Shown one piece after another: positions 24,223 through 38,134 of a stretch of DNA of 64,000 bases. A program made the position numbers and the translations under genes. Source of the stretch: Heptranchias perlo. Its lineage: Eukaryota. Where the stretch lies: contig NC_090350.1 in NCBI RefSeq assembly GCF_035084215.1, positions 29,326,001-29,390,000 on the forward strand, in the 5' to 3' direction. The notes under the pieces are model-generated. The model did no database searches, was not told where the DNA came from, and saw only the letters and a program-made list of their open reading frames with translations. Numbering within the stretch: position 1 is the first letter of the stretch; the number at the start of each line of letters is the position of its first letter.

Positions 24223-25805
24223 CATATGTTTGTTTCTACATTTAATTAAATTTCAGATTCACATTGGGTTTTTGCTTTGTAACCTCTAACCTTTAATTTA
24301 TGCCCCAATGGAAGGTTTTGGCCAGCTCACAAGGTACCTTTGGGTGTTGATTGCTGATGTTTGTGTCCTAGTTTAGGCTACCAAATGCAGTCATCAAACA
24401 ATTCTGTACTTCACTGTAATACCATGGACCTCTGCATGTAAACTATTTACTCTAAAAGATCTAAACAGGTTAGCAATAAACCTGATTGATCACCACAAAA
24501 TGTTGCTTTGATAGTTGGATTAATGACTCATTTTGACCTGACAGATAAAACAAAAGAGAGAGCCATACATAACCACAAACTGGCACTCAAAGGAAAGATC
24601 TGTTCTGTACAAGGAAAACTGAATGCGAAATCAAATATTCAGCTACCTCAGTGTTTGATTCCAGAATGGGGTAAATAAAAAAACTAGCTAATGATTTTCT
24701 AATCAGAACAATAGGCTCTGAAGTTTTGCAAGCAGTCGGTCTTGTAAAAAATGTTTTCGCATTTGCTGTGTATTATAATTTGTCGGGCTCCACAATATTA
24801 AAATTAGCTCAAGCGCTGCATTGAGATGCAGCAGTAGTGTGGTGATGGTGGTGGAGCAGTGGCATGATGATTCAGTGATAGCGTGATTAGGTGGCACCAT
24901 GATCCAGTGCAGTGATGGGTTGGTGAGGTGGAGGCAGTGGTTAAATTGGAATTTGTTAAGAACAGATAATCCCCCCCACCTCCCCGCATGGGAACCTTTG
25001 GCCATGTCCCTGCAACATTTGATTCCACCCACAGTTTTTGGCCCACTCAAGGATTTTATAAGTACTTAGTCATATTCACATAGTAAGGTAAAAAAACAAC
25101 AAAACAATTTTTCAGAAAATTTGTGTTTGTGGGGATTTTGCAGTGCAATTTTTTCCAAAAATATATATGCCTCAACCTACAGCCCTTCCCTGTCTCGGTC
25201 TCACACCTCTCCTACCAGCCTCCACTCCTTCCCTGCCCACTAGATGCCAAACTGTTCTTCCCTTCCATGCTAGGCCCCAAACTTCTCACTCACACCAACT
25301 CTCAACTCGAATCTGCCCACTTGCTCCACATTGCCCCACCACCTGGTCTCTCTCCCCCGCTGCTGAGCACATTTAGCCCACTGCCAGATCTGACCTCAGA
25401 AAAGCCCCCACCACCACTGTCAGAAAGAGATACCAGAATGGCAGCGTGCACACAAAAGATTGGAGCATGCTCAGTCATGTTTCAGGTTTTTGCTAATCTC
25501 GACAGATCATTAGTGGTCAATAAAATAAAACAGCTGAATTCAAGAGATGGCACTATAAAGACTGGTTGAGGAAAGAAGCAGAATGGCCTAAATTAATCCC
25601 TGGTAATGGGATTTTACTATGATCCAACAGTGCAGTGGAGTGATGAGATGGAAGAATGATAGATGGTACAGAAATCTGGTGGTCTAACCACGTGATGGGC
25701 CTAACCATCAGACATAACATTTACTGCAAATCTTTTCATGGTGGAAATATTTTGGTTACAAAATATTTGATTTTGTGCTACTTTAAAAGACATCTGCTTA
25801 TCTAG

Positions 25806-25937
25806 TATTTTTAGGAATGGGGATCTCCTGAGCCCACCTTTTCGGTTAATTATCCCCAAGCATGTGATGCCAGATTGGGACAAGATTCTTGTCATGATAA
25901 CCGAAAAAGCAAACATCCGAACTGGAGCTGTCCGGAG
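25806..25937 (+). CDS. dcdc2b: DCDC2-family coding exon 4 (DCX domain 2, N-half)
   Basis: (N)IFRNGDLLSPPFRLIIPKHVMPDWDKILVMITEKANIRTGAVR(R); 132 bp, phase 2 to 2. Confidence 0.93.
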
Positions 25938-26864
25938 GTGGGTGCCACTGAAAACGTATTAAATGATTGTCACCTTGTTTTCTCCCTGTACCCTTCCAAA
26001 TCAAATACAATGTGAATATATTGACATATAAGTATGTAATTAATCATCTGTATTCTGTGGTACAAACAAGGTTACTGGATGCAACCACTTGAATACAAGA
26101 AGATATTCTAACAAGAAGAGGGGAGAAAAGGGGTTTAGTTTTGAAAAAGCAAAGTGAAGTTCTCTAACTTTAATGTATCATTTCTCGCAGGGCCACCTGA
26201 TTTAACCACACGCACTGTTAAAGAATTGATTGTGCTCGGCCAGCTATTATTTGCAATGGCAGTAATATAGCAATACAATAGTACTCTCTGCAGATCTGAT
26301 AGATACTGTTTGTAGTAATAGAGTCCTTTATCTCTCAGGAGGGAGTTGATATGCACTAAAATTGACAATAAAACCCACCCTGTCTCTCACAAAGCATGGC
26401 TCCTTGATTCTTATAGAACATTTCAATCCACTAATTTGCATCTTCGTTAGTAATATTTCAACATCCAGACTGAAAAGGATCTTCCATTTGTCTAGCTAAA
26501 TATCTATCGTTAGGTGTGAGAGATCAATTTACAATGAGCAACAGAAGTACAGCAACACTCGACAACTATAAATGTTCTCTTCAACCAATGAAGAGTTGAG
26601 ATAGTGGATCAAACTATCCTGAAAAAGTCAAGCTTCAACAACAGTGAAGACAGGAAGAGCTCTGAAACTATAAGGGAATTTTATATTATAGACGTGCTGC
26701 TCAAGATAGATGTGCAGGTCTCTGTCCATCATCTGGACTCCAAAGAATAGCTTCATAGCTTCATTTTGTGCTGTAAACTTCTAAAGATTCAAAAAGAAAC
26801 ACAGAGGATTCTGGAAAAATACCAGATCTATCAGTGTCTATAAGAGAAAAGACAGGTTTATGTT

Positions 26865-27395
26865 TTTTTTTATTCGTTCATGGGATGTGGGCGTCGCTGG
26901 CAAGGCCAGCATTTATTGCCCATCCCTAATTGTCCTTGAGAAGGTGGTGGGGAACCGCCTTCTTGAACCGCTGTAGTCTGTGTGTTGAAGGTTCTCCCAT
27001 AGTGCTATTAGGTAGGGAGTTCCAGGATTTTGACCCAGCGACGATGAAGGAATGGCGATATATTTCCAAGTCGGGATGGTGTGTGACTTGGAGGGGAACA
27101 TGCAGGTGATGTTGTTCCCATGCGCCTGCTGCCCTTGTCCTTCTAGGTGGTAGAGGTCGCGGGTTTGGGAGATGCTGTCGAAGAAGCTTTGGCGAGTTGC
27201 TGCAGTGCATTCTGTAGATGGTACACACTGCAGCCACTGTGTGCCGGTGGTGGAGGGAATGAATGTTTAGGGTGGTAGATGGGGTGCTAGTCAAGCGGGC
27301 TGCTTTGTCCTGGATGGTGTCGAGCTTCTTGAGTGTTGTCGGAGCTGCACTCATCCAGGCAAGTGGACAGTATTCCATCACACTCCTGACGACTG
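26865..27395 (-). mobile_element. Poly(A)-tailed non-LTR retrotransposon 3' end
   Basis: VRSVMEYCPLAWMSAAPTTLKKLDTIQ...LHHRHTVAAVCTIY...SWNSLP; T tract at ~26863. Confidence 0.88.
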
Positions 27396-27829
27396 TTTGG
27401 AGATAGGGGTGGGATTGGCAGATCTGCCAACACCCCATCCCCACCGCAATCCCTTCCTCCCCCTCCTCCGCGATCCCCGGCTGCCGTTAAATTCAGCAGG
27501 ACCTCCACCTTCCCGGTATTTCAGGGTTTCCCGACTGCTAACAGATGTCCCCACTCCCTCCCCGTACGGGACCCTTACATCAGAGACACTTCCAACGTTC
27601 AGTTTTTCTTTTTATCTCTAGTATGGATTCAAGCCTTATATTGTTATTGTGTAACTTAAGAGTATGTAATTAGGTATTTGTGGGACTGTTAATTTGTGGT
27701 TTATTGCACGGTCAAATTCACACATGGTATATATGTGACTTCCATTGGTGGTTTAAATCTCAAACAAAGCCAATGAGAGCTGAAGACATATAGTTGGATT
27801 CAATCATGATCACTCTCTCTATATTCCAG

Positions 27830-28745
27830 CTGTACCTCTCCATTACCTTTCTTGACCCCTCCGCTGCCTCTGTGCTGTCAGACTGCTTTTCCAATATCTA
27901 GTCTTGGATGAGCCACAATTTCTTCCAACTAAAGGAGAAGATGAAAGCATTGACTTCCGTTCCACCTTAAACTTTGTACTCTCACCGCCAACTCCATTCC
28001 CCTCCCTAGACACCATTTAAGGCTGAACCAGACTGTTTGCAACCTTGACATCCTATTCGATCTTGAATTGAGCTTCTGACCTCATATCCTCGCCATCACA
28101 AAATCACCTGTTTCCACCTTGATATAATTATCTGCCTCAGCTAATCTGCTGTTGAAACCCTTATCCATACCTTTATCACCTCCAGACTTGATCATTCCAG
28201 TGTTCTCCAGAACGGGCTCCTATCCTTCATTTTCCATGAACTTCAACTTATCCAAACTCTGTACCCAGATCCTATCACACATTAACTGCTGCTTGTCCAT
28301 CACTCCTGTCCTCACTGAACCTACATTGGCTCCTGGTCCCCCAATACCTCAAATTTAAAATTCTCATCCTCATGTTTAAACCCCTTCATGCCCTGTCCCC
28401 CCCTCTATCTCTGCAAACTCTTCCAGTGTGACAACGCCACCAACTCCCCAAACTCTCCATTCCTCTGACTCCACCTCTTGTGCATACCTGTTTCCCTTTG
28501 CCCCACCATTGGCGGCTGTGCCTTCATCCGCAGAGGTCCCATGCTCATGAATTCCCTCCCTAAACCTCACTGACTTTTCACCTCCCTTTCCTCCTTTAAA
28601 ACCATCCTTAAAACCCACCTCTTTGTTATCCCTCCTAATATTTCCTTCTTTGGCTCGGTGTCTATTTTTTTTCCTTATGATCTGCGAAGCATTTTGGGAT
28701 GTTTCTCTGTGTTAAAGGTACTATATAAATGCAAGTTGTTGTTGT
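27830..28745 (+). mobile_element. L2 LINE 3' fragment
   Basis: Decayed SWMSHNFFQL, NLxILFD, ITPVLxxLHWL, FKIL motifs; tail tatataaatgcaagttgttgttg. Confidence 0.85.
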
Positions 28746-29181
28746 AGTTGCTGCTCTTCTAAATGCTGGTTGATACCAGTTCAAACCAATGCATTAGGTC
28801 AACTGATCCGATGTGGGCTTGACTGTTTAAACTGCAATTTTTTGGCATGGATTCAAAACTGTGATAGCAATGTGGCAGGAGAACAGGCTTTGGAATTCAT
28901 TTAATATTGAAGCTTCTCTCGACAGCCAGCTTAACTAGGGTGATGAGATCACTGTAAATATAGAAATGGAGTGACAGAGGTGTCTTTGAATCATACTGCT
29001 TGTCTCCAGGCAACCACAGCATTGGAATGAATAATATTATCAATAATTTTACAGTATGCAATATTCATTTGCATTATTGCCTGTTAATAAATTGTGAAGT
29101 GGTATCTTTGAAAAAAATATCTTAATGCTAAATCATTCAGGTGTATTTCAGTCTCAATGAAAAGTGAATTATTTTCTCCAG

Positions 29182-29328
29182 ACTTTGTACAATGGATGGA
29201 CATTTAATCAACAGTGGTGCTCAGTTAGAGACCGGACAGTACTATGTAGCTGTTGGATCTGAAAAGTTCAAAAATCTGCCTTACCTTGAACTCCTAGCAT
29301 CCAAAATGTCTTCACACAATGCTCACAG
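29182..29328 (+). CDS. dcdc2b: DCDC2-family coding exon 5 (DCX domain 2, C-half)
   Basis: LCTMDGHLINSGAQLETGQYYVAVGSEKFKNLPYLELLASKMSSHNAH; 147 bp, phase 2 to 2. Confidence 0.93.
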
Positions 29329-30679
29329 GTAATTTCAGTTCTAGAATATGAATTTATACTGTTCTGTCACATTACTTGAGCACTTGTACTCTTTCACTTT
29401 GATCAGAGGATATGGAAAGGACTAATTAGGGGTGAAATTCCTCTTACATTGATAAATGGGTGAATGTCTGTTTTTCTTCATAATTGCTGACCTGTAAACT
29501 AAATTGTATTCTCATAAATCACACAAAGCTCTGCATTCCCACAGTTTTGTGCTGAACTGGTATCCGATCACGTTCCTCTGATTAAGATACTAAGCAGAGA
29601 GTAATGGATGGCTGACTAATCTAATCAAGGGATTGAGCTGACATCATGAATTACGAGAACCGGTACTGCTTCAACTGGACCTTCATGTTTATGCCATGAG
29701 CACATTAGGTGTTGTAGCTGTGCCTTATGTTATGCCACACTGAAATGACTTTTAAACCCATTCCCATCTTATAAAAAGACTAGAACATCTTGACATTTTA
29801 CAAACTCAACCACATACAGTAAAATAGTCACAGGGGACATTACTCCTCTCATCTAATAGGAACACAGGAAGCAAGTCGAAATGAACTGAAATGGACCTTA
29901 TTGACATGAGTCAAATATGCATGATTCCTATGACTGGAAGCTATAGGCTAAGTGTTGACCATGAACAATAATTGAATATGATGACACATAGGGCTGACTT
30001 GAGTTTACTTGGGGCTTTGTGTGTTCTTTGTATTTTCTTTCCCTGATTTCCTTAGGCGAAGGAAGTTCTGCATTAGAATTAGTGCTCTTATATTTCTATC
30101 AATGCTGCAATGAGACAGCCTCTAGTAGACATCCAGATACAGCCCAGAGACAACTCTCCTCTTACTTTTCTCACCCCTCACTGAACAGGTACTTAGCTTC
30201 TGTGCAGTCTCTCACCAATGTATTGCACCTAAGAATTTGGGGCATGGGGATACCACCAGTGTCACCACCTCTGTAGTTCCACACACTGGTCCTCCAATGG
30301 ACTGCGCAAATGAGACACAACAGGCCTAGTGGTGTGTGGCAGTGGGCTGGTTGAGGCACAGTGATACACCATTTTAACATGTGCCTGACCGCACCACTTG
30401 ACACTGTCTTATACCTCTTCAGCTCCATAAAAGCAGAGAGAAAAAATAATACAAATGATTTAAAAAGCAGAAATTATTCCAGTTTCTCAACACTGTTGTG
30501 ACATGACCAGAATGCATGGCCAGTGACTGTGTATGGATTGCAGAAAATGTTCTGTGAGGACACAATCATCACATAACTCACACACAACTTTGGTGCTGGT
30601 TTTTCTGTTGGCTCGGTTGGTAACTTTGCTGGTCTGTGTGGACCTAATTAATACAGAGCAGGAAGGCTTCATATTTGAT

Positions 30680-31075
30680 TGCCAATCTGTGCTGAGTCAG
30701 TTGATCTCACCCAGGTAAGTGGTAGGGTGCTACAATCTACCTCGGTTCTCCTGTGCTAAAGGGGAAGAATCAATTAACGTTCCTGCTCCTGATCACTATC
30801 ATTGTGTGGATATCGGGTGAAGACAGGTGACTCCTCCCAACCCCACTCAACCATTAGTGGCAGAACCTTCTATGTCTGAGCCCCGCTCTTCAGAACTCTC
30901 TTCATAAAGCCCTCTGACCCCATCTCTCACAACCTACTCAAAACCCATCTCTTCAACCAAGCTTTTGGTCACCTCTCCTCAGCTTCCTACAAAGTCTCGC
31001 CATCTGTTCCTTTCTTCCTTTGAATTGCCTCAAGATGTTTTTCTGCATTAAAGATGCTAATGAATACAAGTTAAT
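30680..31075 (+). mobile_element. SINE family B fragment followed by L2 3' end
   Basis: tctgtgctgagtcagttgatctc...cctgatcactatc, then LKTHLFNQAF-like L2 end. Confidence 0.6.
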
Positions 31076-31260
31076 GCAATTGTAGTTTGCCACCTATCTT
31101 CCATGCGGCAAAGGTGAAAACTGCTTTATCATATCTGTAAATACGAACATACAAGTAAGCTCCAGGAAGCAGACACGCTGCCTTTTTAATGATGCTTCTA
31201 ATGAAGCTTTTTTGGGGGGAAAAACAGAAAATAATTGTGAAATGAATATTCACTTTTCAG

Positions 31261-31300
31261 ACATCAGCAAGTGATCAGACACAAGAATCAAAGCAAAGAG
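31261..31300 (+). CDS. dcdc2b: Probable DCDC2-family coding exon 6
   Basis: cttttcag acceptor; (R)HQQVIRHKNQSKE; gtaaac donor. Supplies the phase 2 to 0 link needed between exons 5 and 7. Confidence 0.6.
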
Positions 31301-32869
31301 GTAAACCATCTGCTAAATGGGCATAAGTGAGTAAGCAGAGCTGATCTCTGAGACACAGTGAGACCAGTAATAAAGTAATTTTAGTGGCAGAAACTCCTCT
31401 CTGAACTACTCTTAACAAATCGGTTAATGCTTTTGGATGCAAATCATCTGATTTAACAATCTGTCAATTTTTTCTGTCTGTTGACTGCCTTGTTTTCCAT
31501 TACTTTCAATAATAAATAAAGATTTTTTTTTATAAAGCCACAATAAGTGCTAAAGTTATTTTTGATGAGTGTGTCACCCTCCCCAAAAACACACTCTGCC
31601 TCACAGGACCTCAAGACACTGTTTTGGCTAATTCATTCAGTAGAATGAAAAACATGTTACAATGCTCAATAAATTAAGTAATCCATTTAAATCTATTTCT
31701 GACATAATTTTGGGCATTTTGGATTGTTTTAATCAAAGTAGAACAGATGAAGTAATAAACAAGTGAGTTTTAATAACAGAAAGGCGAGAATATTCCACGC
31801 CACATGCGAGCAGCTCTGTAATCTGTCTGCTTTTACCTCCCTGCCTATCCTGGGGTGGCAGCTCCCACTCATTATGGTCCAAGAAGTTACATAATGTGCT
31901 AGGATAGACCATGTGATCTGAATAATCCTATAATATCTTGTAGCAACTTGGAGAAAATAATGTAATTTAGGGCTAGAAGCTCCTTTTAGTAAATCGATTC
32001 ATGCATTTGGGTGAAAAATCCTCTGTTTGCTCTTTTAACAAAGTCAATAACCTGTCAGCCTTTTCTAAGTCAGTTGTTGACAGATGGCAAAGTTTTTCAT
32101 TACTTTCGATGACAAATGGAGCTTCATACTGAGTTCATTCAACCTGCTCCCAGGCTCAAAACACAGGCACAGAATTATATTTGTGATTGGGAATGTCATA
32201 TCTAATTAACTTATTTTAAAATTTAAATTGCATGATATAGGTATTTGCTGAAACCCCCTCCTTCCTCTTTCTTTATGGCACTTAATAAAAGAAATGTCGC
32301 TCAGCGAATGGGGGAGGATAGGTCCACAGGTTTGATTCATCGCAAAATTGCTAAACAAAAGCATTGTTTAATGTTGCAAACTAAATACAATTCAGTTCAG
32401 TATTTAAACACATTGATCAGAAAATTTCCCAGTTATTACTACCCAATCCTCCTTCACCTAACTTTAGTTGGGCAGAATGATTCTATAAAGACAGCTATGG
32501 GCATGGATATTTAAAAGGGCCACACCACCTATTGAACAAACATTTTTATTTCTGCCATTGTCGAAACCCCAACTTCACCATTTTCCAGTTATCTTCAGCA
32601 CAGAACAGCAGTATTTACCTAACATATTATCATTATAACATTAAGTATACAGATATGTCATTCATGACACATCCACAAACATACAGCCATAACTCAGAAC
32701 TCATTATAATGCAATATAATCAGAGCCCCTGCTTATATAAATCCTCAGTTTATGCTTTCCTTCTGCTTTATTGCTTTGCTTCCCCCGCCCCCATGTAAAT
32801 CTTATTTTACTACAATTTTCTCCTCACGGCAGTGCTGGGATATGGATTCACAGGTGTCAGCAGTACTCT

Positions 32870-33130
32870 GATACCTCACCCAAGTGGCAGTTCTTCGTGT
32901 GTGAGCCTCGACAGTGAGTGTCGCCAGGTTATTCGACTATGAAGGACATTACAGCCAAGCCTGGTCCTGTTCCCATCCAACATCCACGTCCAGCAGGATT
33001 CACTGGACAATGATCAGGAATGGGAACCTTGGCTAATTTCCCGCCCACCAAAGGGTAATGAAGCCACTTGGGATCTCATGCCTGTATGGCTTATTAAAGC
33101 ACCAGGTGGTGCCATCAGGGGAGCTCAGTA
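32870..33130 (-). mobile_element. SINE family B copy
   Basis: Homologous to 56550-56850. Confidence 0.65.
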
Positions 33131-33437
33131 TGTAAATCTGATCTACTATCCCTTTCACATTCACCTTGTGAAAAGTGACGATGCACTTTTTTCTGCAAAA
33201 TAGTCATTAGAAAGTTATAAGATTTTTTTCTGTCGTAATTACATAATTAAAAAGAGGTGGTTTAAAAGCTTCGGAAAGAACATTCAGTTCACCGAATGTT
33301 TAAGTGTCATAAAACTTCTATAGAGATCGACACTGTGCTCTTTAATTTAAAAGTAAATATATAAAATAAAGAATTACATAAACAAATAATTGTGCAACTA
33401 GTTGTTTTCTATTGTTTGCTTCTATTGTGTGAAACAG

Positions 33438-33494
33438 TACAATGTATCCCAAGATGGAGTCAGTGATTCTGCGCTGTTGCCTTCACCTGATCAG
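33438..33494 (+). CDS. dcdc2b: DCDC2-family coding exon 7
   Basis: YNVSQDGVSDSALLPSPDQ; cag/gtaatt boundaries; phase 0 to 0. Confidence 0.75.
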
Positions 33495-34278
33495 GTAATT
33501 ATCACAGACTTGGCTGGATTAGATTCCCCCCACCCCCCTTTTATAATGAAGGCTGGTGATCCCTCCAGTAGACACTTCCTTCTGCTAATAATCTACTTAC
33601 TGCCAAATCCATTTTATTGAGCAGTATTTCTCATATGATATAATCACAATACAGGAGAGTAAAGCTATTCCTCAATGTCCACCAGAGGGAACCAGTGAGC
33701 TCATTTAAAAAATAAAATTGGAATTATTCAGATAACAAGCACATACACGTAAGAGATTATATTTTTGGTTCAGTACATTAAAAAATGGCTTCCAGATTTT
33801 ATTAAATTTACCTTGTGCCTACCGATTGTACTATATTCCGAAGTTAAAAATGGGTTTGTTCATAAATGTATCTTCCCCCAGTGTGGAACCCATACAAAAT
33901 TGGCAGCCACGAAAAGACCAGCTGGTCCATCAAGCCTGCCCCACACTATGATGGTTGGAGCATCATGACTGGACACTTCTTATCACCACCCCCATCCCCA
34001 ACCTGCCCACCACCACAGCCATGTAATACCAGGAAGATTGCAGGTTTGATCCCTGCTCTGTACTGAACCAGGGTGTAACAATTAACCTCAGCATCCCTCT
34101 TCTAGAATGGGCAAAAATCAGCCCCCTTTGCCTCTAGATAGGAGCTATCTGGTGACTCCTGCTATAAAATATACATATTTGGATATTGAGAAAGGACAGG
34201 ACCAGGCTGGCAACTGGCCTTAGCACACGTTCTCGTGAAATCTTGATAAGCGAAGATCCTAATCATTTCAATTTCCAG

Positions 34279-34471
34279 TCAGATAACCGGAGAGTCCAAT
34301 CCACAGGGGGTGCGGGAACAGCGGGAGTCATATTATCTCCACAGACAGTCAGAAGGAAAGCAAGAAAGAGCACCAACCAGGAAGAAAATTCTATATTCTA
34401 TGCAAAGCCAGTTAAAGTGAAGTCAAATCGGAATCTGACAAGGAATTCACAGCTAGGAGGTGCCGACAAAG
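34279..34471 (+). CDS. dcdc2b: DCDC2-family coding exon 8
   Basis: SDNRRVQSTG...SPQTVRRKARK...EENSIFYAKPVKVK...; tttccag acceptor, gtaaga donor; phase 0 to 1. Confidence 0.85.
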
Positions 34472-34894
34472 GTAAGAAAAGTAATTTTAAAAATTGAAGC
34501 TTTGTTAAACACTCATCTGACAATAACAATATTTATAACGTGAACTGAAAGTAACCCTCTTAACACTTTTTCCCTCCAATTTTCCCCATTACCCATAAGA
34601 TAGTGAGTGATATGCTGGGGTACGTGTAGTGTTTCAGATTATTTCATGTAATTACATCAATATGCAGTAGATTGAGTCTAGTCATGGAGGTAATGCCATC
34701 ATTCATTTGTCAAACTACCAGCTAAGATGGAGAAAATAAACAAATAAAAACGTGCTGCTGAAGGAATAAACACAGAGACTGTTAACTTGTAAAAAGAATG
34801 CTCTCTCTTCAATTTTATTTCAATTCCAGTTACCTACCTACACACACACAAAACATTACGGTTACGCAGATGGCAGCAGCTCTTTGATACCATG

Positions 34895-35130
34895 ACCAAA
34901 TGTCCATTCTTTGTGTGTCAATAAGCTCTTCAACACAGGGGCAATCACAGCAAAGCCCAGATCTGGCATCCATAAACTCACAGGTCCAGTAGAAGTCACA
35001 ACATAGAAATCAGGAGTGGAGAACCCTGATTGATTTTATGTTGTCTTCCTCAAAGCTCTCCCACCACTGCCCAAGCTGAGATTGGCTAGGTCTCCTCTGG
35101 ATGGGCCAGTACCACATCAGACAGTGCAGC
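34895..35130 (-). mobile_element. SINE family B copy (degraded)
   Basis: Homologous to 56550-56850 and 58145-58460. Confidence 0.5.
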
Positions 35131-36324
35131 AGAGTGATATATCTGACTTTGATGCCTATTTGGTGGAAATAGAGACGTATGTCAAACTATATTTTAAGAA
35201 TATTTAACCAGGTAGATAATTTGTAATACATGGACATACCTTGCTATAACCTACCAAATTTTCTTGGGGTGGGTTATTACCCCAATTCACCTACATCAAA
35301 TGCTGGAATTGTCCTTCATGTTGCCCCTTTGATTCTTTATACATCTCCCAAAGAGGATCAAATTAGGTCCAATCTCCCATCAGCAGAGCACATGTTATTT
35401 TGGAACCAATTTAACCTCAAACCGATCTACCTACCCTATAAATACACAGGTGTTCAGGTTGTCAAGTGCTAAAATGTTATGTAAATTAATTGCAAAGAAA
35501 CCCATGTCAATATAATCAGTCAGTATTTCTAACCTGAACAGTTACCAAAATACTGCACAATGTCACTTATTCAAAAGTCAAGTATTCAAATTGATTATCT
35601 GATGCCTGTCTAGGTTTTTGGCTGATGTAGATGCAGTTTTTAATATATAAAAGAAACGCCAAATTGTAGCAACTTCAGCACAAACTATTTATGCATTAAC
35701 ATGACAAGTCATTCTTTTCTTGTAATAAAATAGAATTGCTTGCTGTAAGACTAACTACCTTGTATTATCCAAGTCATTTGTACAGATGTATGATATTGCA
35801 TTATAATTGCGTGTAGTTCTGATCCCAGTCCCATAGTTAACCTTCTACTTCCTCACTGGAAACCCCCTCTTCCCCGACACCCCTCAACTTGTCAGTTCAT
35901 TTATGAATCACAACATGGAGCACACCAGAGGTCTCCTTCTTAAGGTGGGAAAGATAGGGAAGGAAAGACAGTCAGGATCAATACTATAGAAGTGCATCTC
36001 CAAGTATTGACAGCAACCTTAAAGAGGCTGGTACGTCGTCAGGCGCATGCTGGGCTGTCACTTAGAGCCAAAAGAGAGAATTTTAACTCCCTCTGCCTCA
36101 TGGAACAGGAGTTAAAAACAAGCGGCTCTATTTGCTGCTCCATTCACGTCCCGCGGCAGGTTTAACCCTACTGTTTTTGCCGGCAGCTGAGGCGCCCACC
36201 TGACTCATTCTATACCTGACCTGGAATTGCCTGGGTGATTAAAGTGGAAAGAATATTGTGTTCCCCTGCACTGACATTGCTTACCTTGGTGACATAAAAT
36301 GTACCCAGATATACTTATCAGGAA

Positions 36325-36745
36325 GGGCTGAACAGTCTGGGGCTCTTTTCTCTAAAAAAGAGAAGGCTGAGGGGTGACCTGATAAAGGTCTTTAAGATTA
36401 TGAAAGAGTTTGATAGGGTAGACGTAGAGAAGATATTTCCACTTGTGGGGGAGACCAAAATTATAAGGTAGTCACTAATAAATCAAATAGGGAATTCAGG
36501 AGAAACTTCTTTACCCAATGAGTGGTGAGAATGTGGAACTTGCTACCACCATGAGTAATTGAGGCGAATAGCATAGATGCATTTAAGGGGAAGCTAGATA
36601 AGCATAGGGGGAGAAAGGAATAGAAAGATATGCTTATAGGGTTAGATAAAGAGGGGTGGGTGGTGGCTCGTGTGGAACATAAACACCGGCATGGACCTAT
36701 TGGGCCAAATGGCCTGTTTCTGTGCTGTAAATTCTGTGTAATTCC
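36325..36745 (+). mobile_element. CR1 LINE 3' end
   Basis: Closely similar to 13180-13618. Confidence 0.9.
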
Positions 36746-37459
36746 ACGTAATTGCATACTTTGATAAAAATGAAATAATGCACAAGTATATGTTCTCGTT
36801 GCATTTGTTGGCAGTTTGAATATGATTTTATTCTGTTTTTTCTGTTTCATTTTTCTAAAGATGCCATGGATAAAAACGATTGTTTAATCAAATCATTGAT
36901 CAAAGAACATTATGAACTCTGATAGTATTTTTTCAGCCCTTTATTCACCCGAATCAGACATTTAGTCATGTTTGAAAATCCTTTTGTCCCTCTGACCACA
37001 TTTTGTCTGAGATGGGGTATGGCAATGAGAGACCCAAGAGGAGGAGAATAATAATCCTTACGCTTAATATAGTGCTATATCATGTCAAAACATCTCAACG
37101 TACTTCACACTATGAATAAATTGGAGGCACAGTGACTATTGAATAGAAGGGGAGAAAATACATCCATATGAAAGAGCATCAATTTGATCATTTTTTTCCT
37201 AGGTGAGTCAGGTTTAAGAGTACCTGGAGTATACTAAAACTGTTCCCGTTGATACAGTTAATATGGTTTGGCACCAGTCAGCTCGACACCTCCTGGAATG
37301 ATTCCAGCAGGATGGAGGAGTTAGTAGGAGTCACTAACATTTTGCTACACTTCAGTGATTCTAACAGGCCGAACTAGTTATGCACACTCTATTTGAAATA
37401 TCTTCATCTTTTGTTTCATTGACTGTTACAGTCAATTTAATATACTTTACATCCATCAG

Positions 37460-37563
37460 AGGACAGAAGTGTTTTTAAAGTGAATGAAAAACGAGCTGAG
37501 CTGCAAGGAGCTCAAGAAATACCCGATGATGAAAACACTAAGGTGGAACTACCAATCGATAAG
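37460..37563 (+). CDS. dcdc2b: DCDC2-family coding exon 9
   Basis: (E)DRSVFKVNEKRAELQGAQEIPDDENTKVELPIDK matches the conserved DCDC2 C-terminal motif (GAxEVxEDExTxVExPxDQ); phase 1 to 0. Confidence 0.9.
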
Positions 37564-38134
37564 GTGGGAAATTATTTTAGGTACTCTATCTTTCAAGCTT
37601 GATTTTCATTAGTTATCTCACTGCTGGCACGATTCCTCTTTCATCTGGGAAGGGGAGGCAGCCTGTGAGACAGATTTTCCTGCAACCACAGTGGGTGTCA
37701 AATGTAATGAATGTGAGGCATGGATTTTTGATGGTTGGAATGTTTCCTGAGATTGAGCACTCTACTACTAGAGAGAGAGAGAGAGGGGGAGTCCTGGTGC
37801 TTCTGAAACCTTGAAAAGCGCACATATATCAGTGAAAGGAGTGAAGTTCAAAGAAAGTCAGAACTGGGATTTGAACTTAGATGCTAAAATTGGAATTGCC
37901 GGAAATCTACCAGCAGGTGGCCCAGTCAGAGCTTATATGCCTGCTTTATATGCTGATGAGCCATGTATACAAGAAATATTCAAAAGTGTGTTATAAGGAG
38001 AATTCTTGCAAGTTTGCTCTGCACCCAATGGTAGCTTGAGGAAGGGAATGTGTTCCTATAAGGGATAGAGAGACAGACAGATAAGCTTACCGGAACAACA
38101 GATTTCTCCCTTGTATAGCTCAATCAGAGACTGT

